From the NCBI GenBank assembly GCA_950097015.1, contig CATNEN010000039.1, positions 1,488,001 through 1,552,000 of the forward strand: a stretch of DNA of 64,000 bases. The letters run 5' to 3'. How positions within the stretch are numbered: position 1 is the stretch's first letter; every line of letters begins with the position of its first letter. The notes under the pieces were generated by a model. That model ran no database searches. It was given only the letters and a program-made list of their open reading frames with translations, and was not told the DNA's origin. Position numbers and translations under genes: made by a program. The DNA comes from Macrostomum hystrix. Its lineage: Eukaryota > Animalia > Platyhelminthes. Shown here piece by piece: positions 55,901-64,000 of the stretch.

Positions 55901-58900
55901 AAGATATAAGTAAGGGTTAAGCTCGGTGATAGCCGGGTTCCCAAGCGCTGAGCACAGCACTGACTGGAGCCAAAGCGGCTGCTCAACTATTTCGAACTAG
56001 CTCGAATTATCTAGCCCAGGACTAATTGCAGCATCGTCCTAGCAACTAGCACTCCGGCACAACGGGCCGAACAGTAAGGACCTTCAATTCGAAGTAACTC
56101 GCCGAATGAAGCCACGAAAAATAGCAAATCCTGTGGGCAATTCGTCCTAACCACTTCACTTTGCGGATGAGGATGCGGCCTATTAGAGGGCTTGTGCAGA
56201 GGCTGCTGTTGTCAACCAACTTCGGGTGGAGAAATTGCTGTGTACACACGCTTGTGTAAACAGCCATTGTGCGTAGTCAGTCATTGTTATGCATAATGAG
56301 TATAATGAGCTAGAGAGAGTGGGGAGAGAATGAGCAGTGTGTAAATCGTTAATGAGCAGAAAGTGGCAGAGATTCAGCCTGGAGGTGCTGAATGAGCAGA
56401 GAGCGGCAGAGATTCAGCCTGGAGGTGCTGAATGAGCAGAGAGTGGCAGAGATTCAGCCTGGAGTTGCTGAATGAGCAGAGAGCGGCAGAGATTCAGCCT
56501 GGAGGTGCTGAAAGAGAGAGTGGAGGGCTGTGAAGGGAGTCAGAAGCATACTGCAATTGCAATCCATCGCCCAGAGTGTCAGGACTATGCAGGATCGATT
56601 ATCCCCAAGTGGAATATTCCAGACACAAATGAGCCAAACATGAGCGGGGCGGGCCGGGCAGCTCATCGACCGACCCACCCTCGCATGGGGAGCGGTCGCC
56701 AGCCAGTTGCAGTCAATCAGGCAGTCAGTGAGTCAGTTGGCTGTGCTCTGCACCCCCTCCCGATGCCACAGAGCCAGTCAATCAATTAGGGGCTGTTGAG
56801 GGCTGCAGAAATACTTTCGCTTGTGCCCAAGGCTTCCTAGAGTTGCAGCTTTGAGGCGAAAATCAGAAATAATTCCTCAGAGTTTTGTTGCTGTTTCTGT
56901 TTGCCAACGGATACTTTTAACTGTGAAGCAATTTTCTTGAAAATTTGGAGCATGAGCAGCAATTCAATGCTACTTTTCATTTGAACCAAAGCTATAAGTT
57001 TAAAGCTTTCTTCTGCTTTCTTCCAAAAAAGAAATAAATTATTGAATCTATGCTCCAACTGCTTTTAGCTAGGGGCAACTCGTCCAGCACACAACTTGGA
57101 CAGACAGACCTGGTGGACAGTCAGACAGACCTGGTGGACAGTCAGACAGACCTGGTGGACAGTCAGACAGACCTGGTGGACAGATAGACAAGACCTGGTG
57201 GACAGATAGACAGACCTGGTGGACAGATAGACAGACCTGGTGGACAGTCAGACAGACCTGGTGGACAGATAGACAGACCTGGTGGACAGTCAGACAGACC
57301 TGGTGGACAGATAGACAGACCTGGTGGACAGATAGACAAGACCTGGTGGACAGATAGACAGACCTGGTGGACAGTCAGACAGACCTGGTGGACAGATAGA
57401 CAGACCTGGTGGACAGTCAGACAGACCTGGTGGACAGATAGACAGACCTGGTGGACAGTCAGACAGACCTGGTGGACAGATAGACAAGACCTGGTGGACA
57501 GTCAGACAGACCTGGTGGACAGATAGACAAGACCTGGTGGACAGTCAGACAGACCTGGTAGACAGGCAGGCAGACAGGCAGGACAGGCAGACAGAGCCGA
57601 AGGACAGGCAGACAGAGCCGAAGGACAGTCAGACAGAGCCGAAGGACAGTCAGACAGAGCCGAAGGACAGTCAGACAGACCTGGTGGACATTCAAACAGT
57701 CAGGGCTGACAGTAGCAGTTAAGGCAGATGGACAAACTGCACTGGTTTGTGAAAGTGAAGAAAAAAAATAATTTTGTTAAAAAAAGTGAAGCAAAAAGAG
57801 CAGACTGTATGGGAGTCTAACCAAATTTGAGTACTGTGGTTACGATGTGAGTAAATTTTGGGTAGAAAGTACCAGAGTTTTAGTCAGGCTGTTTTCCGCT
57901 AGGTCACACAGCACTTACAATGCAGCGAAAATGTTTCCAATTGTGCAGGCCTGCGACGAGAAATTAAGTATTTGACAGGAAATTTTAGCACTAAACTGTC
58001 TAAATTTGGCCCGGCTTTCAGCATGCATAGGTAGGGCACGGAGATTTTTTAAAGCAAAATTGAAAAGTACAAACGTAGAGCTACGTCAGCGATAGCAAAG
58101 AGGACTCACTATTCGAACACCATGTACAGGGTGCCGTCCATGCTGTAGGTCTCCAATAGTTCCACAATGTGATTGTGCTTCAGCAAGTGGCAAATTTTTG
58201 CTTCGCGTTTTAAGTCTGAAAAACACAAGAGAGAATGAGATCAATTCAAAATACTTGGCACTTTTTAACTTCTATACTGAATCTGGGGGTTGGGGAAGTG
58301 GCACAAACCGTCGGTTGTGATCCCCGGACTTGACGCAAACTTGGCCACATCGACAATCTTCACAGCGAACAGGCGATGCGTCTGCTTGTGTATGCACCTT
58401 CGGACAGTGCTGAAGGGACCCCTGCGAGCAGAATTTAGCTTTTCATTAAAAAATGAATAAGAAAGTACAAAAAAGCCTTTTTCTAAAACAAAAGAGAATA
58501 ACATTTGCATTCCTTGCAGTGAAAAAAACTATGAGGCCAGTGAAAATGCTAGTCACTTGAGGCAGGCTTTTTACTGAAAAACTCAGACAAATAATGTAAA
58601 ATTTGCCTTAGCGATCATAAAAATACTTTTTATATGTTTAAAGTGCTTAGTCTAAGTTCATACCTCTTTGAATGTCTAATGATAAGCCAAATCATGATTA
58701 GAAGCAGAGACTAGCATTTTCTGCTCCCCTCCAAGGGCTTTGTGTTTTTTAAGTCGTAACAAATGTATGAAGGTTAAAATCTCACCAAGTTAAAGTTAAA
58801 ACACCAAAGTTAGTTATAAAACGCTAAAATGTAAATTATTTTACAATGAATTTTAAAACTTCAGTCGATATATTGGTCCAAAGACAGTATCCCTTTAAGG

Positions 58901-59621
58901 TGTTATAAATACAAGAAGTATAATATCAAACATGCATGCATACATACAAACATACACAAGGAAATTTATAACAAAAAGTTAAAGCACTTTTGAAAAATAT
59001 AGTTCTTGTAAATAAAAGAAAAAGTTGAAACTCTTTAAAAAACAAAAGCTTAACAAAAATACATAAAATACTTTATCACTAAACCAAACAAAAATACAAA
59101 TAAAATTACTTTAATTACTATTCTGCAAATTAAACTACTTTTAAAGTATTTATCGTGTTTATAATATTTATTTATGCTTATAAGATAAAGCAAACGAATT
59201 ATACGTTTTTAAATTAACACATAAAAATGGTATCAAAGACTGCTTCTTGCTTTTTATGCATGCCTTTATTGTATAATTTATAAGACTGTCGAGTATCGAA
59301 TTCACACGATTATCTTCTCAGCTATATTGCTTTATGTTACTGAAAAAAATTATTACCTAGGGCTATACAGTATGTTAATAAACAGGCATTACAACGACAA
59401 AAAACAAATCTAAGTAATAGAGAAATTAAAATAAAAAAATACATTAATACAAAAGTATTAAGGTAACTACTATAGATACATTTTCGAACATAGGACAGAA
59501 GAGAAACATATTCTTACTTTCCAATTACTTCCTGCAACTGATATACGTCATCAAAAATAATCTCTTGCTCAGATCCATCTTGGTCAGTGCCATTAAAAGT
59601 GTCTTCTTCGTCTTCGTTCAT
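16938..59621 (-). CDS. CASK: CASK / LIN-2 MAGUK (CaMK-like, two L27, PDZ, SH3, HOOK, GuK), ~939 aa, 17 exons
   Basis: Exons 59621-59518, 58421-58309, 58215-58110, 40012-39935, 39842-39664, 39481-39306, 38974-38650, 33821-33703, 24296-24120, 23993-23811, 22597-22519, 22251-22166, 19510-19442, 18458-18327, 18062-17645, 17559-17261, 17114-16938; total 2820 nt, all phases consistent. Signatures: [24 protein letters not shown] and KLGGFG (CASK-type Cys and GFG), [44 protein letters not shown]-terminal QWIPVNWVY*. Confidence 0.97.
17158..17260. repeat. 39-bp tandem repeat (~2.5 copies) overlapping the CASK exon 16 donor
   Basis: CCCACTGCTCAAACT(C/G)TG(T/C)TCACACAGACCCAGGAAACT repeated. Confidence 0.8.
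18555..18858. repeat. 16-bp G-rich minisatellite
   Basis: (GTGGAGTGAGGTGG(A/G)T)n. Confidence 0.9.
19950..20605. repeat. 12-bp minisatellite
   Basis: (CCTTGGGTC(C/T)TT)n. Confidence 0.95.
21045..21882. repeat. 22/15-bp minisatellite
   Basis: CTGAGATTATCAGAG(CTGGACA) units with and without the 7-bp insert. Confidence 0.95.
22272..22502. repeat. 38-bp minisatellite filling CASK intron 11
   Basis: (AACTCAGCAAGCTGGCCTCCTA(C/G)ACATGAGCTGCAATC)n, 6 copies. Confidence 0.93.
22621..23758. repeat. 20-bp minisatellite filling CASK intron 10
   Basis: (CTGAG(T/A)AGTT(G/A)AGGATCTGG)n, ~57 copies. Confidence 0.97.
24459..24572 (-). CDS. Short candidate alternative first exon of CASK ([38 protein letters not shown])
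   Basis: ATG at 24572 with an in-frame stop upstream, 38 codons, then a strong phase-0 donor GAG|GTGAGA. A 162-nt intron joins it in frame to exon 9 (LYDHINSR). Not in the ORF track. Confidence 0.5.
25925..26065. repeat. 17-bp minisatellite
   Basis: TACCCTGAAACTT(CAGA/GAGT) alternating units. Confidence 0.9.
26095..27450 (-). CDS. Large low-complexity coding exon in CASK intron 8; probable alternative first exon (452 codons) splicing to exon 9
   Basis: Non-tandem ORF with Q/P/D-rich composition like the real exons here. ATG at 27450; phase-0 donor TTG|GTGGGT at 26095/26094 matches the phase-0 acceptor of exon 9 (24296). Could instead be an independent single-exon gene ending at 26059. Confidence 0.6.
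28335..29130. repeat. ~27-bp G-rich minisatellite
   Basis: (TGTCACAAGTGGGGCAGGGTAGCTGGGC)n variants. Confidence 0.95.
30100..30612. repeat. 30-bp purine-rich minisatellite
   Basis: (GAGAGTGG(A/T)GAACAGGTGAGTAGGAAAGTG)n, ~16 copies. Confidence 0.96.
31767..32103. repeat. 40-bp minisatellite
   Basis: (AGCTGTCTGCTACCACACCTGAGCTGCAGTAGGTTTAACA)n, ~8 copies. Confidence 0.95.
32561..33068. repeat. 30-bp minisatellite (family A)
   Basis: (GGACAGTGACTGCTCAACCTGAGTAGCTGA)n, ~17 copies. Confidence 0.96.
33927..34573. repeat. 30-bp minisatellite (family A variant) with higher-order structure
   Basis: (GGACAGTGACTGCTCAGCCTGAGTAGTTTA)n with a recurring diverged unit ACTTGTTGACCTAAATAGCTGGGGAATCG. Confidence 0.93.
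34887..36110 (-). CDS. Intronless divergent secretin-class (class B / 7tm_2) GPCR-like protein nested in CASK intron 7
   Basis: 407-aa non-repetitive ORF with about 7 hydrophobic segments and degenerate class B motifs in the expected order: [28 protein letters not shown] (cf. RNxIHxNL), TM3 Cys and FLAQSVCL (cf. LVEGLYL), AWPLP (cf. GWGxP), [17 protein letters not shown] (cf. KSTLxLIPLLG), FLQSLLV..FWLN (cf. SFQGxxV..CFLN). Confidence 0.75.
   Translation of the reverse strand: MSCTDPFASPLFATKSPPQRVNSAACPGKPWLTYALIPGSNGTSTTLAVPLRAFNLLVLDGCYVTPVSLCETYCSLAAYLASERQLAVWEIGLSLVGLLMLLATLLGLCALRQLPGGRLAAVHRQLLWAYCAYYLCRSGRLLSWPATRCLGYDACLSLDALFELLDTLAYAGLFASFLAQSVCLRRRLGRRHKPACQSPPRPKRQPLFELLSLAWPLPVAVSIAHLACRTLAPGQLHSLHAYEALYRPEPVSFYTAVVRLPLAGAHLVSLVLGAQSLRLSLPPRAGCTRPVRWARSLALISALTGAYLLLDLLPPGLAPAWLRPVQLAGHFLQSLLVTLPMFWLNRRQRRSARHRLRRGVTGAATCSRRQQLSSRAAATMAGCPVVSFLQASNTSELLDHIDCEIDS
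39046..39195. repeat. ~42-bp tandem repeat (~3.5 copies)
   Basis: CTCAGTGCGGCAAACATCAAAGACAA...CGCATCT repeated. Confidence 0.85.
40931..43075. repeat. 59-bp satellite (~36 copies) with internal palindrome and tRNA-like A-box segment
   Basis: (ACTACTCAACCCGTGGACAGTAGCATGTGGTCAGTTCAGTGGTAGAATGCTGTTGAGTC)n. Confidence 0.97.
43746..44635. repeat. 16-bp minisatellite
   Basis: (CATTCACTCCTAGAAT)n. Confidence 0.96.
45229..49276. repeat. 19/20-bp minisatellite, ~4 kb (~200 copies)
   Basis: (CATTCAAACTGAGGG(G)ATAA)n with recurrent variants. Confidence 0.98.
49721..49786 (-). mobile_element. Decayed tRNA-derived SINE head
   Basis: Minus strand TGGCCTGTGGTTAGAG (A-box-like) ... GAGTTCGAATCTC (B-box); aligns with 2350-2415. 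Confidence 0.55.
50478..51958. repeat. CA/CT compound microsatellite, ~1.5 kb
   Basis: (CACACT/CACA/CTCT)n. Confidence 0.97.
52357..52999. repeat. ~34-bp minisatellite
   Basis: (AGTAGTGCACATCAGTAGTATGTTGGTAGTTATA)n. Confidence 0.93.
53217..53277 (-). mobile_element. Decayed tRNA-derived SINE head / pseudo-tRNA
   Basis: Minus strand TGGCCTAGTGG (A-box) ... AGTTCAAATCC (B-box) at tRNA-like spacing; no acceptor stem. Confidence 0.5.
54126..54498. repeat. 37-bp minisatellite
   Basis: (CCAGGTGCTGGAACCCTGGAGCTCAGCAGAGGGGCGG)n, ~10 copies. Confidence 0.95.
54914..55870. repeat. 9-bp GA-rich minisatellite
   Basis: (GAGGAGGGT/GAGGAGTGT)n. Confidence 0.95.
56351..56512. repeat. 40-bp tandem repeat (4 copies)
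   Basis: AATGAGCAGAGAG(C/T)GGCAGAGATTCAGCCTGGAGGTGCTG repeated. Confidence 0.9.
57098..57690. repeat. 21-bp minisatellite
   Basis: (GGACAG(TC/AT)AGACAGACCTGGT)n, drifting to GGACAG(G/T)CAGACAGAGCCGAA. Confidence 0.93.
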
Positions 59622-60609
59622 TATTTTCACTGCTAGTATAGTGTTTCGATTATCAGTGAAATATATTTAGATATTTAATTATCTCAGTCTAAGAACAAAA
59701 TATAATAGATGGATCTTGCTTGTTACCATCCTTTAAAATACAATGATATTGAAAAGGGCATGCGCCGAAAATAGTATTTCAGTCTGTTTTCGTGTAATTT
59801 TCATTTTCGCGTCTGTTTAATTTATCGTTTTCCCGCCAAGCGCTGAAACGCAGCTTAACAAAGGGATAACACAAACCTTATAAAAATGCTGCGTAATAAA
59901 AAAAATTAGCTTTTTTGTTTGCGTTTTTCTATCTTTTTCGAAATTTCTACTGCTTTTTATTTAGCTCAATTCCAGAACCGATTCTTACTTTGTAGTCGGC
60001 GAAATGAAAAGCATAATTCTATTATGTTTATAAAACTGTTGTTTGAAAGTGAATTCGCATTATGCTTTGAGGCTAAAACAAATGTGTTGTGTAGTTTTCA
60101 GCATAATCAGCAGCCTGAGAGCACCTCGTGAAAATCGGTTGATCACCTTTGCACTTTAGAGTACATATACATCGTAAGTCAAAAAGTAATATCCAACTGA
60201 TTAATAGACAGCCGATTTCTACGACTACATTCCCTACTAAACAGCGATCGTCAGATCCAGGAAAGCTTACTTCGAGATTGATTCTCATCGCTAGCTGACC
60301 TTTGGCAATCGTTAAAGCATAGATCCCCGTTTCAAGGCATTGAACTCCAAACCAAGATCGAGGTAACGCTGCCTATTGGGTTTGAACATTTGCCATCAAA
60401 ACAAATTTATTCTTGGGCAACAAAATTCTCTCTTTGAGTGCTTCCGTTCATTCAGCTGTTTCAGTGAGAGCAACACGTACATCACGTTGTGCAGAAAGGA
60501 CCACTTGTACATAGCTTGCTAGTACACCGTAATTTATGTTAAGTACATGTCGTTGTACAGTTACAAGACTTTCTTAAGATGCAAACCATGCAGTGATAAG
60601 TATTTAGCC

Positions 60610-61244
60610 CAGGGGTAGGCAAACTTATTTGCTGGCGGGCCAAAGAGAGAACCTAAAAGACGACAGCGGGCCGCATTGACTGTATAAATATGAGATAGGG
60701 GAGAGATGAGACACGGGAGAGATGAGACACAGGAGAGATGAGACACAGGAGAGATTAGACACGGGAGAATTAAGACACGGGAGAGATAAGACACGAGAGC
60801 GATGAGAAACGGGAGAGATTAGACACGAGAGCGATGAGACACAGGAGAGATGAGACACGGGAGAGATTAGACACGAGAGCGATGAGACACGGGAGAGATG
60901 AGACACAGGAGAGATTAGACACGGGAGAGATTAGACACGAGAGCGATGAGAAACGGGAGAGATTAGACACGAGAGCGATGAGAAACGGGAGAGATTAGAC
61001 ACGAGAGCGATGAGAAACGGGAGAGATTAGACACGAGAGCGATGAGACACAGGAGAGATTAGACACGGGAGAGATTAGACACGAGAGCGATGAGAAACGG
61101 GAGAGATTAGACACGAGAGCGATGAGACACGGGAGAGATTAGACACGAGAGAGATGAAACAGGACACTGTAGATGTCAGAAGGGGCAACGGGCCGGATTT
61201 GGGAGCTTCGAGGGCCGCATCTGGCCGGAGTTTGCCGACCCCTG
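60610..61244 (+). mobile_element. Non-autonomous hAT (Buster/Charlie-like) MITE with internal 16-bp minisatellite
   Basis: TIRs CAGGGGTAGGCAAAC / GTTTGCCGACCCCTG (14/15 match). Perfect 8-bp TSD ATTTAGCC at 60602-60609 and 61245-61252 with central TA. Subterminal GGCCGC motifs. Confidence 0.9.
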
Positions 61245-61616
61245 ATTTAGCCTATTCAAACTTTATGTGACTTTGTGATATATGGCCTCTAAAATGTCAT
61301 AATAAGTTTTTATGTTAAACTGAAAAATTACGTTTTCATTTATGTTCTCTATTGTTGACTGTTCGAGTGGATGGAATCAGTGAGTAATAAGAGCGTTCAC
61401 ACAACTTAAAAGCTCACGTATTTTCGCACTGATTTAAACTGGTTTAAGCTGCGATGCGATCAGTCGTCTTTTATTTCTTTCCGTGGCAAACGAGGAAAAG
61501 CAGCAAGGAAACGCGAGGTAACGAGGATAGCGAGGGTGCGCAGAAATATGAGGCAAGTCAAATTTTTGCTGGCATTAGTAATTTCGTGCATCAACAGAAG
61601 CTCTCGCACTTGAGTT

Positions 61617-62489
61617 TCAAGAAACCGGCAGCTTCTCCACCTCACGGTAGTCTATTTTGTAATTTTCCAGCCAGCCCAGGAAATAGTAGTCGTTATCCGT
61701 GACCGAGCGCTGCTGAAACCAGTCCTGTTGGCCGCGGATCAGCCGCAGGAAGATGCCGCCGTTGTCCGTCTCGCCAGTGGCGAAAACCTGCGGGCATCCG
61801 CGCGAGTGCGGCTTCGAGTCACTTGGCGTCTCTACGAGCGTACTTTAACAGCCTAATTCTGACTGCTGCGAATCCGTGCTGTCAATTATACCTGGGATAG
61901 CAGTGCACTACGGGGGCATCTGCAGATAGCTATACACTGCAGTCTGCCTATCAGCTTAGGCAATCAGGATCAGAAAGCTTGAAGAACTAGGAATCACCAG
62001 CTTTTGAATTATACGAGCTATATTCCGAACTTGAGTGTTTTGAGGACTAAAAATCAATTTCTCTCATCTTACAGAATTGCAGCGTTGGCACTTCGCCGCG
62101 AATTTGAAGTCATACTGGCCGTGGTCGTAGCAGCCGGACCTCACCAGGTGAAATAAAGTCTTGTCCTCAGGATGTGGGCACTTCTCCAGCTGCGGATCGG
62201 CCTCCGCAGTCGCGCTGCTCTGGTTCTGGTACTGCCGGTACATTGTCAGCCAGATGGCAGAATGAGTGGGGCTATTGGAACTCTGCACTCGAGTAGAGTG
62301 AGCAGGCTAACTCTGTGTCGCAGGACTGATGAATTTTAAGCTCACCTTCTTAATTGAGAACTGCGATCACCCACGGTGCAGCCTGTACTCAGGGTCAGTA
62401 CCGTACTGTAAATTGTACGCTTTGTCCATGTTCTCAGCCAACAAGCAACAATCAGAGGGTTTGGGACTGCCCACCTTTCCCGTAGCCAT
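61617..62489 (-). CDS. Small uncharacterised protein (~119 aa) with CPH..C..CxxC motif and two probable 15-nt micro-exons
   Basis: Exons 62489-62475 (MATGK), 62360-62346 (FSIKK), 62231(or 62282)-62073 (YQNQSS...CPHPEDK...GCYDHGQYDFKFAAKCQRCNS), 61787-61617 (VFATGETDNGGIFLRLIRGQQDWF...YYFLGWLENYKIDYREVEKLPVS*). All junctions are phase 0 GT-AG. AATAAA lies at 61475-61470. The last two exons are better supported than the micro-exons. Confidence 0.65.
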
Positions 62490-63199
62490 GACAACGAGAG
62501 TCCCAATAGTAATGACTATTAGCTGGCTCTCTGTACAAGAGTGAGTGGGGCGAAGGCCCTAGCTCTTACTTGTCAAGTGCATGCATTGCAAAGAAGGCAA
62601 GGCTATTGTTTGGGGTTCTCTGCTTAGCTGCTGCTAGGGGTTTGAGCTCTCAGAGAGTAGAGGAGGCGGTAGAGTCGCGAGAGATAGATATAGCTGCAAA
62701 AATATTGTGCAGGAAGCACAATTTTCGTTCCAAGTAATCATGCAAATGCAGGGTCGTTTATTTCACTCTGCAATACTAAACTACGATTATTCGTTTAATA
62801 AAAAGTTAGTCGACTAGTAGTTTAAATTACCAAGTTATTAAATTTGGTTTATGAACTAGAGAACTTTCGTAGACAGCTTTCTAGACAGCTTTCGTATTCA
62901 CATGGAATTTTGTTCGCTACACTGAATAGTGTAAAAAAAATTGTCATCAGATCGAGGCCTTAGATAAAGAATGAGCTCCTTATCTTACATCTTAGTTTTC
63001 TGCGGATTGTGACTGAGTTACACAAATTCTCAACAACTGATCACAATCAGTTATGGTAGTGTTTATTTACATTTAGAATACACTCAAGAAAGTTTCTAAA
63101 AATCATTTTGGGTGAGATTTAAATATCAAATAATCATGCGGACCGAGACCGTATAGAGCCAACTAAAACCTAAAGCAGTTTTGAGACTGGAAATTAACT

Positions 63200-64000
63200 G
63201 CTTGACTTAGCGGCAGGGAGCCTCCATGACTGACGCAGCGAGGAGGCGGCCGGTGCCGCCCATATCGCTAACCCCTGGCAGCCGGACGGCCTCCAGCGAG
63301 GCGGTGCCGCTCAGGGTGGTCCGTCGGTCGGTTCCGCCGCGTGATCCTCCGCGCCATAGGCTGGGAAGAAATCAGCTCGGCCGGTATCGCGGAGGAAGTG
63401 GGCGAGCTGTGGAATGCTATCGGGCGAGCAGGCTTCGACTAGGGTCGGCACCGGCTCGAGATGTTTTAGCCTAGCCTGGGTGAAGGCCGGGCAGTGGCAG
63501 ATGAAATGCTCGGCGTTTTCACGTCCGGAGCAGCAGAAGGGACACGTTTCCTCAGGCACATGGCCTTGGAGGTAGCGGTGTCTGGTGAAGCAGCCATGTC
63601 CCGAGAGGGCCATGGTGACTGCTCTCAGCTAGGTCTCTGCGATTTAGCCTAAGCAAGGCTTTACGCAGGTTACTAGAGGGGGTTGGCACCGCAGCCCTGG
63701 ACTGGCGACAGTTCAGGCTGCAAGACCACCTCCTTCGGTGTTGGGTCTCCATCCAGCGGTTGATGTTGGAGTTTACCACAGAAATAGGGATCGGGGCCTC
63801 CGGGCCCGGGCCCATCAGGGAGCTGGCTGCTCCAGCCTTTGCAAGCTGGTCCGCCATCTCATTCCCTGTGAGCCCGGCGTGCCCAGGGATCCACATCAGC
63901 TCCACCTTGTTCGACTGTGCCAATCCGTTCAACTGGGTGTGGCTGTCTAAGGTGGTTCTGGAACGAGAGGGGCAGCGGCTGAGAGCCTTGAGAGCTGCTG
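63200..64000 (-). mobile_element. 3' end of a non-LTR retrotransposon (RNase H plus C-terminal CCHC; LOA/Lian- or I-group-like), frameshifted
   Basis: RNase H C-terminal motif VELMWIPGHAGLTGNEMADQLAKAGA, then GPGPE, LSGHGCF and CPFCCSGRENAEHFICHCP. The two ORFs (63552-63932 and 63311-63613) join if 4 nt at ~63629-63632 are removed. Confidence 0.85.

Noticed and set aside
54842-55986. RPGR-ORF15-like Glu/Gly-rich protein
   Set aside because: 9-bp repeat broken by frameshifts and stops, with no unique domain attached.
62346-62489. Selenocysteine read-through: MATGK...HRG-TGA-SQFSIKK is in frame across a TGA
   Set aside because: No convincing SECIS in the 3' UTR by eye, and an AAG|GTGGGC...CGCAG| intron removes the TGA more simply. 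SECISearch and junction reads would settle it.

Overview
Eukaryotic, intron-rich animal DNA; the GC-rich exons and extreme minisatellite density suggest a free-living flatworm such as Macrostomum, which is an inference only. Splicing by hand with GT-AG sites and phase checks gives four tandem minus-strand genes. From right to left: a small unknown Cys/His protein with probable 15-nt micro-exons (62489-61617); a complete 17-exon CASK/lin-2 MAGUK (59621-16938, ~939 aa); a complete 9-exon junctophilin (12069-6429, ~946 aa); and the ankyrin-repeat N-terminal half of a TRPA1-like channel (5260-889, continuing past the left edge). CASK intron 7 holds a same-strand, intronless, very divergent secretin-class GPCR. 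CASK intron 8 holds two candidate alternative first exons that splice in frame to exon 9 and would give kinase-less CASK isoforms. Introns and spacers carry about 35 minisatellite arrays, including a 59-bp hairpin satellite with a tRNA-Gly-like 5' arm. Mobile DNA includes two copies of a hAT MITE carrying an internal minisatellite, decayed tRNA-derived SINE heads, and the frameshifted 3' end of an RNase H-containing LINE. Most long ORFs in the supplied track are translations of repeats. There is no CRISPR array, rRNA or intact tRNA.
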